From NCBI GenBank assembly GCA_963758295.1, contig CAVWUU010000001.1, forward strand, positions 672,001 to 736,000: a stretch of DNA of 64,000 bases, in the 5' to 3' direction. Position numbers and translations under genes: made by a program. Positions 41,202 through 51,100 of the stretch are shown piece after piece (within the stretch, counting starts at the first letter, position 1; each line of letters starts with the position of its first letter). The notes below the pieces were generated by a model that was given only the letters and a program-made list of their open reading frames with translations, did not search any database and was not told the origin of the DNA. Source of the DNA: Candidatus Eremiobacteria bacterium. Its GTDB lineage: Bacteria > Vulcanimicrobiota > Vulcanimicrobiia > Vulcanimicrobiales > Vulcanimicrobiaceae.

Positions 41202-42834
41202 CAGAGGCCTCCGCCTTCGCGCGGCGTTCGTCGCTCGCTTTGAACGTTGGCGATGTACTCGTCCATCAGTTCGAGCTCGCCGGCGCGGCGGAGGATACCG
41301 ATTTGTTCGTCGCGCCAATCGCGCTTGCTGCGAGCGGAAGCACCGGCAAACTTTTGCGCTTGCGGTAGATGAAGTAGATGCACAAGGCCCGAGCACGATC
41401 CACGCCGGGACCGAAGACGCGGCCGATCGGATGCGTGATCATCGTGAAGACGAGGATCGCGACGATGCCGAAGAATCCGAGGACCGCGATGACGCGGAAA
41501 TTCGACGCGCTCGCCGCGGAACGGTAAGCGGAATGTTGAACGGAATTTTGAACTTGCGCGGGCTCAACGGATCGAAGAGTCGCAGCGCGACGAGCGCAAC
41601 GAAGACGAACGAGTAGCTCGTCGCGGCGCCGAATGCGTAGAGGTCGCCGAGGAAATCGATGCCGCTTTCACCGTTGAAGCGCGTCGCGTAGACGCTCGCC
41701 ATGCGGGATCGAGCGAGGGCAGCGCCGCAAAAATCACCTCGAGCAGCGCCAGCGCCGGTAAAGACCAGCAGCGAGACGATCGGCGTGCGGAACTTCGGAT
41801 GCACGCGCTGGAAAACCGAAGGCAGAAGACTGCCGCTCGCCATCGCATAGGCGATGCGCGAGCTGCCGAACACGCCCGAGTTCGATGAGATCAGCAGCAG
41901 AATCGCGCCCAGCACCGGAACGTAGAGCGCCGCAACGGCGCCCCAATAGGGCACTTGCGCCGCAATGAGTGCAACGGCTTTGCCGTTATTTTCGTTGTTG
42001 CCCAGCCACTGCCAGAGTTGTTGCGCATGACCGTTGCGCATCGACCGGGATCTGATGCCACGTGTGCATGCCGAGCGCGAGGTTGGAGTACGACAAGGCA
42101 AAGATCAGAATGGTTAGAATCAGGGCGACCGACGTTCGCGGAATGATTGAAGCCGGGCGCTGCGTCTCTTCGGCTGCTTGCGAAATCGACTCGAGGCCCA
42201 CGAAAGACACGATGGCCAGCGAAATGCCCTTCATGAAGTCCATCGGAGCCGGCCAGCTATTTTGCATCGTATGCACGAGCAGATGCGGATCGAACGCAAA
42301 GAGAAAGCCGAGCGCGAGAATCGCCGTTTCGCTTACGATATCGAGCGCGCTGACGAATCCGTTGAACGCCGTAGATTCACGAACACCGATAAAGTTCAGC
42401 GAGCACAGCCCGGCGATAAGCGACACGACGAGCGCCAAGTGAGCCCAGGGGTGGTTCGTTACCGAAAGAATCGGCAGCAGCTGGCTTAGGTAATCCGTGG
42501 CGCTCCACGAGAAGAGCGCAATGTCGATCGTGAAGTCGAGCAACACCGCCCAGCCGGCAATAAAGCCGAAAATATCGCCGAGGCCGCGTGCGACGAAATA
42601 CTGTCCGCCGCCGGCCACGGGATAGGTCGCGGCAAGTTCCGTGTACGCGAGGCCAATGCAGATATACACCAAGCCGGCAAAAAGAAACGCGACGTTCGAA
42701 GCGCCGGCGGCCGCGCCAAGCACCAGTCCGAGACCTACGAAGATGTCGGCGCCGACATCCGAGTAGCCCCAAGAGAAAGAACCCCAGGGCGTGACGGAGC
42801 GGCGAAGCTCCGGTTTGTGATCCGTCTTCGACAT
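41201..42834 (-). CDS. APC family amino acid permease (frameshifts 41400-42050)
   Basis: AYTELAATYPVAGG, FVGLESISQAAEE, SSRIAYAM, YAFGA. Confidence 0.88.
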
Positions 42835-42845
42835 GCCGTTTCTTT

Positions 42846-44156
42846 TTAGTAGATGATTCCTATAGCGGTGCGCTCGAGAGCGTTGATCATGTACTCCGCG
42901 TGCGCGTATTGTTCGTGCAGGTTGAACTCGTGAAAAATACGCAACGCCTGGTTTAAACGGTTGACGCTGTCGCGGAGTTCATTCCGGTCGCGGACGCCGT
43001 CGGCCGCTTTCTGCAGCACCATCGTGGCGTACTTCAACGCGGTCTTTGCGAATTCGACTTCGTTATTGATAGCCGATAACTCGTGCATTGCAACGAGATA
43101 CGCGTCACGGGCCTCATCGTAGTTGCGGCGGCGGGTGGCTATCATGCCTTTGAGCACATTTTCCAGCGCGTCGCTGCGATTGCGGGAGTTAGCGAGCGCG
43201 CGATCGAGCGCTTGGCGAAGCGCCGGATCGCTTGTTGCCGGTCCCGTGTTAGGCGAAAAGGTTTTGAGCTGCTTTGCTTCTTGAACCGGCGCCGGGGACG
43301 GCCCACTTTCGTTCTGCATTGCCGCAGCGGCTTGCGGACCGAGCAAAGTGTAGATGTCGCCCAAGAATTCGCGCGCCGTCTGATAACGGCGGCCCGGATC
43401 TTTTTCCATCGCCCGCATGATGACGTGTTCGAGCGCTTCGGGGATGTTGCGGTTGATTTCGCGCGGCGGCGTAGGGAGATCGTGCACGTGCGAATACATC
43501 GTTGCGACGATGTCGTCGCGATCGTTGCGGAACGGCAGCGTGCCGGTGAAAATTTCGTACATCACGATGCCGACCGAATAGAGATCGCTGCGCACGTCGG
43601 CCGGTTTGCTCAAGAACCGCTCCGGAGCAAGATACGATATCGTGCCGACGATCTGTCCTGTCCGAGTGGTTTGGGTCACTTCGCTTGCGCGGCGCGCAAG
43701 GCCGAAATCGGTGAGCTTCGTGTGCTTCCCGTCTTCCACGATCATGATGTTCGACGGCTTGATGTCGCGGTGCAAGATGCCTTGCGAATTCGCGTAGTCC
43801 AGCGCCTCGAGCACTTCGCCGATGTAGACGAGCGCCTGACGATATCCGAGTTCGCCGCCTTCCAATTGCGAGAGCGTCTTGCCTCGCACCAGCTCCATGA
43901 CGATGTGCGGAATGCCGTTGTCGTCGCCCGCGTCGTAGACGGCAACGATCCGTGGGTGATTCAGACGCGCCATCGCGCGCGCTTCCATGAGGAGACGCGA
44001 GTTCGTCTCGTCGGAGCGTTCGATCAGCACTTTGACCGCAACGTCGCGGTGAAGCGTTTTATCGACTGCACGGTACGTGTCTGCCGTACCGCCGCGACCT
44101 AAGAGCTCAGCGATCTCGTATCGACCGCTGAGAATCCGTCCTTGGAGTGACTCCAC
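42846..44156 (-). CDS. Hanks-type Ser/Thr protein kinase, soluble, helical C-terminal domain
   Basis: LGRGG, VAVK, HRDIKPSN, DFG, APE, DLYSVG. Confidence 0.95.
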   Translation of the reverse strand: MESLQGRILSGRYEIAELLGRGGTADTYRAVDKTLHRDVAVKVLIERSDETNSRLLMEARAMARLNHPRIVAVYDAGDDNGIPHIVMELVRGKTLSQLEGGELGYRQALVYIGEVLEALDYANSQGILHRDIKPSNIMIVEDGKHTKLTDFGLARRASEVTQTTRTGQIVGTISYLAPERFLSKPADVRSDLYSVGIVMYEIFTGTLPFRNDRDDIVATMYSHVHDLPTPPREINRNIPEALEHVIMRAMEKDPGRRYQTAREFLGDIYTLLGPQAAAAMQNESGPSPAPVQEAKQLKTFSPNTGPATSDPALRQALDRALANSRNRSDALENVLKGMIATRRRNYDEARDAYLVAMHELSAINNEVEFAKTALKYATMVLQKAADGVRDRNELRDSVNRLNQALRIFHEFNLHEQYAHAEYMINALERTAIGIIY

Positions 44157-44178
44157 TACCCTGCTCTGTCCATAGCGA

Positions 44179-44520
44179 CTAAAAGGCGTTTCGATGGAGA
44201 CATAGGCGATTACCGTCTATTGCGACCACGTCGAAGCGGAATTGCCGTCCGGGCGCTACGATTTGAGCGTAATCGGCGGCAACAGTCCTAAGCCGGGTGC
44301 GTTTACGCCGGTCGACGGCTGCCAGGGCGGTACCGAAACGCGTTCCGTCGCGTCTCTTCACTTCGACGAATACCAGGGTGCCGCGGTCCAGGCACAGCAG
44401 GTCGACTTCGCCGCCGGGCAATCGAAGATTTCGCCGCAGAACTCGATATCCGCGGCCCTCGAGGAAAACTTCAGCGCGTCGTTCACCCTCGCGCCCCTTC
44501 GAGCTCGTACTCGGCTTCAT
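44179..44520 (-). CDS. yraN: YraN family nuclease
   Basis: GEVDL, VFVEVK, RFDVV. Confidence 0.9.
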   Translation of the reverse strand: MKPSTSSKGREGERRAEVFLEGRGYRVLRRNLRLPGGEVDLLCLDRGTLVFVEVKRRDGTRFGTALAAVDRRKRTRLRTVAADYAQIVAPGRQFRFDVVAIDGNRLCLHRNAF

Positions 44521-45223
44521 GCACGTCGTCTGCGTTTTCGCCGGCGGCCAGCAAGAGCTCGAGTTGCGCGGCCTTTACACGCGCGAACGCTGCGCGATGA
44601 TGAACGCTTGGGCCATGCTGCTTCAAGGCGTTGATGTGCAGCGGCGTGGCGTACCCCTTGTGAATTGCAAACCCATATCGTGGATCTTCACGATCCAATT
44701 CCGCGAGCATCCCGTCGCGGTGAACCTTCGCGAGAATGGAAGCGGCGGAAATAACCGCGCAAATGGCGTCGCCTTTGATCAAAGGCTCTTGCGGGCCCGC
44801 GAACGACTTGATGCGTACGGCGTCGGTAAAGAGATATTCGATCGGACCGCAGCTGACGGCGGCGATTGCGCGTTCCATCGCGAGCACGCTTGCCCAATAG
44901 ATGTTCAGCTTATCGATTTCGGCGACCGTCGCGACGCCGATTGCCCAGCCCGTTGCTCTCGCGCGGATCTCAACCGCGAGCTCTTTCCGTACTTCCGGAC
45001 GCACTTGCTTCGAATCGTTCAAGCCTTTGAGCATCAACGGCTCTTCGGCGACGACGCAAGCTGCGACGACCGGTCCGGCGAGCGGACCGCGGCCCGCTTC
45101 ATCCACGCCGCCGATCAGCCGGAAGCCCCTTTCGCGCGCGGCGACTTCGTAGAGATGCAAGCGGTGCAGTCTGCGCCGCTCTCTTTCGTAGGCGTTCTTG
45201 GCTTTACGTTGCTTCGGCGTCAT
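44483..45223 (-). CDS. rnhB: ribonuclease HII
   Basis: GVDEAGRGPLAGPV, DSK, AASILAKVHRD, HKGY. Confidence 0.95.
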   Translation of the reverse strand: MTPKQRKAKNAYERERRRLHRLHLYEVAARERGFRLIGGVDEAGRGPLAGPVVAACVVAEEPLMLKGLNDSKQVRPEVRKELAVEIRARATGWAIGVATVAEIDKLNIYWASVLAMERAIAAVSCGPIEYLFTDAVRIKSFAGPQEPLIKGDAICAVISAASILAKVHRDGMLAELDREDPRYGFAIHKGYATPLHINALKQHGPSVHHRAAFARVKAAQLELLLAAGENADDVHEAEYELEGARG

Positions 45224-46014
45224 CGGGTGCTTCCAGACTCAGTCTTCCGAACGTTCCGTCATTGAACGCCCGGATGTAAGATTGCGCCGCGTTGTGGTAA
45301 TCGACCTCGCCGCCTCGGCGCGCAAACCCCCTAGCTTTTGCAAAGCTTTCCAAATCCGGAACGCTGGTGCGGCCGCCGGTTTTGTCCACAAGCCACCGGT
45401 GGAAGAACACGGAAACTTCTTCCGGATCGTAGCGCTCGCGCGGGACGGCGCCGATGAGCGCAAGCTTCCATTGAGAGTCCGGGGTCGCGATTTTCGGCAC
45501 GAGGATGCCGGGCGTGTCCATTAATTCGATGTTCGACGCGAGCCGGAACCACTGTAACTGGCGCGTAACGCCGGCGCGATCTTCCGTTTTTGCGGCGGCC
45601 CGCTTGAGCAGGCCGTTGATGATCGACGACTTTCCCGGAATTCGGAAGACCGACGATTATCAGGCGCGATTGCCCTTTGCGTTCTTTCGCTAGACGCGTA
45701 ACCTCAGCGAGAATCCGTCCCACGCTCTGCTGCTGCCGCCCTTCGGTAGCAATAGCGTAACGCTGGCGCGCCGCGAGGTCGGCGATCCACGCTTTCGTGG
45801 TTGCGGGATCGGCGAGATCATCGCGATTGAGAACCGTGAGCCGGCGTCGATTGCCGATTAGCGCGTCCAGCATTGGGTTGGCGTCGCTGCGCGGCGCCCG
45901 CGCATCGATCACTTCCACGACGATATCGATGAGTTTGAGATACTCGCCGATCTTGCGCATCGCCCGGACCATGTGGCCCGGATACCATTGGACGACGCGT
46001 TCGAGTTCGTTCAC
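45204..46014 (-). CDS. rbgA: ribosome biogenesis GTPase RbgA/YlqF (frameshift near 45635)
   Basis: QWYPGHM, DARAP, GLPNSGK, GVTR, DTPG. Confidence 0.92.
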
Positions 46015-46018
46015 GAAG

Positions 46019-46510
46019 CTACAGGGCGCCGACGGCCGCAAGCGGCCAAATGCCGGCAAGGCCGCGGCCCATCAGGTGATCGTCCGCCACCGGTCCGAAA
46101 AAGCGCGAATCTTCGCTGTTCGCACGATTGTCGCCGAGAACGTAAACGGAATTCGGGGGGACGGTAAGTTGAGCGAAGCTTCGCTTGTCTTCGAAGCGCA
46201 CATAGGGCTCGCTTAACGCGGTGCCGTTTACGTAAACTTCGCCGCGATCGATGCGGACGGTGTCGCCGGGAAGTGCAACCACGCGTTTGATATATGTTTC
46301 CGGTGTATCGCCGTCGTGGCGGAATGCGACGATGTCGCCGCGCTTGGGCTGCCCGAAACGGTACGCCAGCGTGTTTATGACGACGTACTCGCCGGAACTA
46401 ATGTGCGGCTCCATCGACAGCCCGGAAACTTGCGGAGTGCGGATGAAAAACGCGGCGATCAAAACGCCGAGGATCGCAAGCTGCAGCGCCAAACTCGCTA
46501 GCGAGCGCAT
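46019..46510 (-). CDS. lepB: signal peptidase I (third copy)
   Basis: SMEP, IKRV, GDNRANSEDSR. Confidence 0.92.
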   Translation of the reverse strand: MRSLASLALQLAILGVLIAAFFIRTPQVSGLSMEPHISSGEYVVINTLAYRFGQPKRGDIVAFRHDGDTPETYIKRVVALPGDTVRIDRGEVYVNGTALSEPYVRFEDKRSFAQLTVPPNSVYVLGDNRANSEDSRFFGPVADDHLMGRGLAGIWPLAAVGAL

Positions 46511-46568
46511 GTGCGGGAGCCGAACCACGCTCCTTGATTCGGCACTACCGAATCAAGAAACCTCGAAG

Positions 46569-47306
46569 CTAGTGGAGAATTTTCGCCTGCGCAAGCGGCC
46601 AAAAGATCACGAACGCGCGACCGGTGAAGCCCGCTTTCTCTCCGGCACGCGGTCCGCTTGCAAACGTGCCCGTATCTTCGGCGAAGCCCCAGATGTGCGA
46701 ATCTTCCGAATCATTCCGGTTGTCGCCCATCATGAAGTAGCAATTCGCGGGGATGCGGTTGGGCGCGCTCCACTGTGATTTCGGCGGAATGTTCGCTTGC
46801 GACGGGTCGAGCGAGTGCCACCCGAAGCCGTCGTTGACGTAGACCCCATAGTCGCGCACTTCAAGGTCGTAGCTCGGCTGTTGCGCGATGTACGGCTCGT
46901 TCAGCGCCTTTCCGTTTATGTAAACCACGCCTTTACTGATCTTGAACGTATCGCCCGGCACGCCGATGACGCGTTTGATGAAGTCATCCGGCGTCGGAAT
47001 CGGCGGCGGGAAGACCACGACGTCGCCTTCGTGCGGCTCGTGGAAGCGGTATTCGAACTTGTCGACGAGGAGCACGTCATGCACTTGAAGCGTGGGCACC
47101 ATAGATGCCGAGGGAATGTAATAGGTGCGAGCGACGAACGTGATCAGCACCCAGGCGGCTATGCCCGCATAAATGAACGGATCGAGATATTCGCGCGCGA
47201 TCGAGCGGCTTCGTCCGCTGGATGCAGTCGCAACCGGCCGTACGGTAAGGACCGCGCGGGCGACGGCGATGATGGCTACGAGTCCGAGCAATTGATACGG
47301 TGTCAT
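46569..47306 (-). CDS. lepB: signal peptidase I (second copy)
   Basis: IPSASMVPTL, FIKRVIG, GDNRNDSEDSH. Confidence 0.93.
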   Translation of the reverse strand: MTPYQLLGLVAIIAVARAVLTVRPVATASSGRSRSIAREYLDPFIYAGIAAWVLITFVARTYYIPSASMVPTLQVHDVLLVDKFEYRFHEPHEGDVVVFPPPIPTPDDFIKRVIGVPGDTFKISKGVVYINGKALNEPYIAQQPSYDLEVRDYGVYVNDGFGWHSLDPSQANIPPKSQWSAPNRIPANCYFMMGDNRNDSEDSHIWGFAEDTGTFASGPRAGEKAGFTGRAFVIFWPLAQAKILH

Positions 47307-47319
47307 TTCCACTTCGTCA

Positions 47320-48057
47320 TTAGTGCAGAATGCTGATTCGATTCAGCGGCCAAAAAATGGTGAACGCGCGTCCAGCGAATGAGGCTTGTGCGTCCCGGTG
47401 CGCGAGCGGCCCGGACGCATAGCGTCCTCGCAACTGCGCGAATCCCCATACATGCGAGTCATCGGAGTAATTCCGGTTATCGCCGAGCATGAAGAAATAT
47501 CCGTTCGGGATGCGGTCGGGAGCGCTCCATTGCGACTTCGGCGGCACATTCGCGGTGGCCGGATCGAGCGCCGTCCCGTTAACGTAAATGGTGTAATCCC
47601 TGATCTCCAGATCGTATGCCGGCAACTCGTTTTCGTAGGGCTCTACGAGCGCCTTGCCGTCACGGTACACCGTACCGCCGGAAATACGAATGGTGTCACC
47701 TGGCACGCCGATCACGCGCTTGACGAATTCGTCCCCGTTGGAATCGATGGGCGGCATGAAGACCGCGACGTCGCCGGCGTGAGGCGGATGGATGCGGTAC
47801 TCGAGCTCATCGACCAGTAAGACGTCGCCGATGCGCAGCGTGGGAACCATCGAAATGGACGGAATATAGAAGGTTCGGATTACGAAGGTGATGAGAAGCA
47901 ACGCCGCTAGTCCGGCGACGATGAACGCGTCCAGGTAGTCGCGCAAAGTAGCAACGGCCGACGACTGATTGTCGTCGGCCGTTATGGATTTTATACTCAG
48001 CGCAGCCCGAGCCACCGCGAAAACCACGACGAGCCCAAGCAGTTGCAGCGGGGTCAG
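47320..48057 (-). CDS. lepB: signal peptidase I (first copy; apparent CTG start)
   Basis: IPSISMVPTL, FVKRVIG, GDNRNYSDDSH; N-terminus aligns with copy 2 starting at CTG 48057. Confidence 0.93.
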   Translation of the reverse strand: MTPLQLLGLVVVFAVARAALSIKSITADDNQSSAVATLRDYLDAFIVAGLAALLLITFVIRTFYIPSISMVPTLRIGDVLLVDELEYRIHPPHAGDVAVFMPPIDSNGDEFVKRVIGVPGDTIRISGGTVYRDGKALVEPYENELPAYDLEIRDYTIYVNGTALDPATANVPPKSQWSAPDRIPNGYFFMLGDNRNYSDDSHVWGFAQLRGRYASGPLAHRDAQASFAGRAFTIFWPLNRISILH

Positions 48058-48065
48058 GGCCGTTG

Positions 48066-48416
48066 TTACTTGGTCGCCTTTTTTTCCTTGATGCGCGCGG
48101 CTTTACCGATCTTATCGCTCAAGTAATACAGGCGGCTGCGGCGTACGATACCGCGCTTGCTGACTTCGATTTTTTCGACGCGGGGGCTGTGCACGAGAAA
48201 CGTCTTTTCGACGCCGACGCCGTGCGCAACGCGACGAACCGTGATCGATTCGTGCGCGCCGCCGCCCTTGCGAACGGTGACCACACCCTCGAACATCTGC
48301 GTGCGCTCTTTGCCGCCCTCGACGACCTTGGAAAAGACCTTAACCGTGTCACCGGAACGAAATTCCGGGACGACTTCTTTCAGCTGCTCGCGGTTCAGGA
48401 CATCGATCACGTTCAT
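48066..48416 (-). CDS. rplS: 50S ribosomal protein L19
   Basis: [32 protein letters not shown]. Confidence 0.97.
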   Translation of the reverse strand: MNVIDVLNREQLKEVVPEFRSGDTVKVFSKVVEGGKERTQMFEGVVTVRKGGGAHESITVRRVAHGVGVEKTFLVHSPRVEKIEVSKRGIVRRSRLYYLSDKIGKAARIKEKKATK

Positions 48417-48535
48417 GGCAAAAATATCTCAAGTTTCGGACGAACGAATAGCCGGGGCGCTGGCTCCGGCATTAAGCCACTTTGCGCATCTTGCGCGTGG
48501 CTATATCTCGCACGTCGTGTGCGAGACAACCCCGG
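48417..48535 (-). ncRNA. structured 5' leader of rplS (candidate L19 leader)
   Basis: Three hairpins at 48506-48526, 48475-48502 and 48451-48470 downstream of a promoter. Confidence 0.45.
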
Positions 48536-48536
48536 C

Positions 48537-48566
48537 ATGGTATCACGGCTCGGGGTTCTCGGGCAA
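48537..48566 (-). promoter_or_regulatory. sigma70 promoter TTGCCC-N18-TACCAT (extended -10)
   Basis: Overlaps end of trmD; TG present at the extended -10 position. Confidence 0.5.
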
Positions 48567-49250
48567 GTCCTTTGCGAGCAGATCCCGGCGCCGCGCCGCG
48601 GTGCGGTCTCGCGACTGCTGGCGCCGCCATTCGGCGATCTTTGCGTGGTTGCCCGAGAGGAGGACTTCGGGCACGGAGATGCCGCGGAAGATGGCCGGAC
48701 GGGTGTAGCTTGGGTAATCGAGCGCCCCCGCGGCAAAGGATTCGGCCTCGGCGGATTCCTTGCGGATTGCCCCTTCCAGCAGGCGGACGGTCGCATCCAT
48801 AAAGGCCAACGCCGGCAGTTCTCCGCCGGTCAGAACGAAATCTCCGAGCGAGAACTCTTCAATCGGGTAGAGCTCGGTCAATCGCTCGTCGACCCCCTCG
48901 TAATGGCCGCAGACCAGCACCAAGCGGTTCAGGGCGGCGAAACGCTCCGCGTCCGCCTGGACGAAGGGCCGGCCACTCGGAGACGGCACCGCGATCACGC
49001 GTCGTTCATCGGCCGGCGCGCTTCCGATGATCTCATCCAGGACGCGGGCGAGGGGTTCGATGCACAAAACCATTCCCGCGCCTCCACCGAACGGCTCGCC
49101 ATCCGCCCGCTCCTTGCCCGACAAGGCATCTAAGAGATGATGGTAGCGGACGTCCACGACGCCGGCCTCCACGGCGCGTCCGACGATCGAAAGTCCGACG
49201 AACGGTGCGAAGACTTCCGGAAAGAGCGTGACGACGTCGATAGTAAACAT
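48543..49250 (-). CDS. trmD: tRNA (guanine37-N1) methyltransferase
   Basis: TLFPE, PFGGGAGMV, CGHYEGVDER, GDFVLTGGE, YTRP. Confidence 0.97.
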   Translation of the reverse strand: MFTIDVVTLFPEVFAPFVGLSIVGRAVEAGVVDVRYHHLLDALSGKERADGEPFGGGAGMVLCIEPLARVLDEIIGSAPADERRVIAVPSPSGRPFVQADAERFAALNRLVLVCGHYEGVDERLTELYPIEEFSLGDFVLTGGELPALAFMDATVRLLEGAIRKESAEAESFAAGALDYPSYTRPAIFRGISVPEVLLSGNHAKIAEWRRQQSRDRTAARRRDLLAKDLPENPEP

Positions 49251-49262
49251 AGGGACTCACTC

Positions 49263-49745
49263 GTGTTCAAGCTTTTCTCGCGTTTCGCATCCTCCACGCT
49301 GCCTACGGAGCCGCGCGCTCGCGCATTGGCTTTGCTAAAGCGCGGCCGCTTCGACGAAGCGGCTGAAGCGTTCGATGCACTTCTGGGCGGCGAACAGGCG
49401 CCGGCCGAGCGGGCCTTTCTGCACAACAAGCGCGGCGTGGCGCATGCGCGCGCCGGACGCGCCGCCGACGCGCGGCCGGATTTTGAAGACGCGCTTGCAG
49501 CCGTGGCAACCTACGCGCCGGCGCTCGCGAATCTTGGAAACCTCGCCCTCGAATCCGGCGACGTCCACGAAGCGGTGGCACGCTATGAGGCGGCGATCTC
49601 GGCCGACGGAGAGTACGCGGTTGCGCACTTCAACCTCAGCGCAGCTTACAAGCGCCAAGGGCGGTATGCCGACGCCGTGCGGGCGTTGAAGACGGCTCAG
49701 CGACTGGAGGGTCGGGCAAGCCGGAAGCCAAGGTCGCGCACATGA
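49263..49745 (+). CDS. tetratricopeptide repeat protein
   Basis: TPR-like repeats (NKRG, ANLG, FNLS). Confidence 0.8.
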   Translation: MFKLFSRFASSTLPTEPRARALALLKRGRFDEAAEAFDALLGGEQAPAERAFLHNKRGVAHARAGRAADARPDFEDALAAVATYAPALANLGNLALESGDVHEAVARYEAAISADGEYAVAHFNLSAAYKRQGRYADAVRALKTAQRLEGRASRKPRSRT

Positions 49746-50251
49746 GTGACGTCGCGGAGCAGATCGCCCTTTCTGGCGAGCTGCTGCAGCTATTGCGGGG
49801 CGCGGCGAATCACGCGGTTGGCTTGCGCGAGCCGTTCGTCACTATGCGAGCCTTGTTGCTGGCCATGCTTGACGACCCGCAGTTGGGCAAGAGCCTACAA
49901 GACGTCATCCCGCGTGAAAAGCTCGAAGAGTACGAAGTCGACGCCGAAGCGGCGGCGCGCATGACGGCCTCGCGCATTTCGGAAACCGGTTTACAGAGCG
50001 GCGAGCGCGCCGCGCTGCTTCGCTTTAATACGCTTGCGTTTAAAACCGAAGACGGCTCGCGCAGCGTGTGGTTGAGCCGCGAAGCCCACACGGCATTTCT
50101 TTCCGGCGCCCAGCGCGTAAGCGAGGGATGCGCTTACCTGCCGCTTCATCTCGCGCAAGGCATTGCTGCCGACGCCGTGCGAGCCCCGGGCTTATTGACG
50201 GCGTTGAAGGTTGAACCCGGCGCAGTGATCGACGCCGTAATGAAACTTTAG
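49742..50251 (+). CDS. stand-alone Clp N-terminal (double Clp-N) domain-like protein
   Basis: Two helical repeats, LSGELLQLLRGAANHA...LLLAML and LSREAHTAF...LHLAQGI. Confidence 0.5.
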   Translation: MSDVAEQIALSGELLQLLRGAANHAVGLREPFVTMRALLLAMLDDPQLGKSLQDVIPREKLEEYEVDAEAAARMTASRISETGLQSGERAALLRFNTLAFKTEDGSRSVWLSREAHTAFLSGAQRVSEGCAYLPLHLAQGIAADAVRAPGLLTALKVEPGAVIDAVMKL

Positions 50252-50739
50252 CGCTTCGTCGTTTCGACGGCCGTGAGTTCTTCGAGATACTCGAAGAGCT
50301 GCGGCAAGGTAATCTTTTCGAGGCCGGTTTGTTCGCGGATGCGATCGCCATCTTCGCCTTCGTCGCGGATATAGCAGCGCGTTTCGACGCCGTTTTCGCT
50401 TTCGCTGATGAACGACACGGCAAAACCGCGCCCGGGCATCTCGTCATAGATGCGCATCGTTTGCGGGTTCAAGATTTCGATCGAGTGAGATTGATTGTTC
50501 GCATCGAAGATCAAGATCTTCAGGTGCTCGTAATTGGTAACTTCGATGAGGCCGACGACGAAGACGTTTTTGGCCGAGAAGAACTCATGGCCGCGTTTAC
50601 TGCGGCTCGAAACTTCATAAAAGACCCTATGAGCAACGAACCGGTTCAGGATCTTGCGTAAGGTAGCTAACGAGGCGAGCGTTTCGGTCCGGTTGCCTCG
50701 CGTATAGATGATCTTCACGGCGGACGATGAAGCTTGCAC
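50248..50739 (-). CDS. hypothetical protein
   Basis: 163-aa ORF with host-like codon use; no family recognised. Confidence 0.7.
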   Translation of the reverse strand: MQASSSAVKIIYTRGNRTETLASLATLRKILNRFVAHRVFYEVSSRSKRGHEFFSAKNVFVVGLIEVTNYEHLKILIFDANNQSHSIEILNPQTMRIYDEMPGRGFAVSFISESENGVETRCYIRDEGEDGDRIREQTGLEKITLPQLFEYLEELTAVETTKR

Positions 50740-50799
50740 GGCTGTGGAAGGGGAACCTTCTCACGCTCCCTTTCACCCTTCCGGTAGAATAGCGATACG

Positions 50800-51042
50800 A
50801 TGTTTTCCGTCCCGGATATCATGGTCGTTTCCGTCCTGGCGCTGCTGCTCTTTGGACCGGACAAGCTCCCGCAGATGATGCGCCAAGCCGGCCGCGTGAT
50901 GCGGGAAGTCCAGAATACGTCCCAGTCGTTCATTGCGGAGATGGAGCGCGCGGCCGACGTTAACGAGCCGGCCCACAACGCGCCCGCTGCGCCGCCCCTG
51001 CGCCCGTGGAACCGCCGCCGCAACTCGAGCGCTAAGGCATGA
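50800..51042 (+). CDS. TatA/TatB family Tat translocase subunit
   Basis: N-terminal TM, FGPDKLPQ, amphipathic helix. Confidence 0.85.
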   Translation: MFSVPDIMVVSVLALLLFGPDKLPQMMRQAGRVMREVQNTSQSFIAEMERAADVNEPAHNAPAAPPLRPWNRRRNSSAKA

Positions 51043-51047
51043 AAGAA

Positions 51048-51073
51048 GAAAACCCGCTCTAAGGCGGGTTTTC
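51048..51073. terminator. bidirectional terminator
   Basis: GAAAACCCGC-TCTAAG-GCGGGTTTTC between convergent genes. Confidence 0.7.
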
Positions 51074-51100
51074 GAGCTTTGTTCCGGCGAGGTTCGCGAT

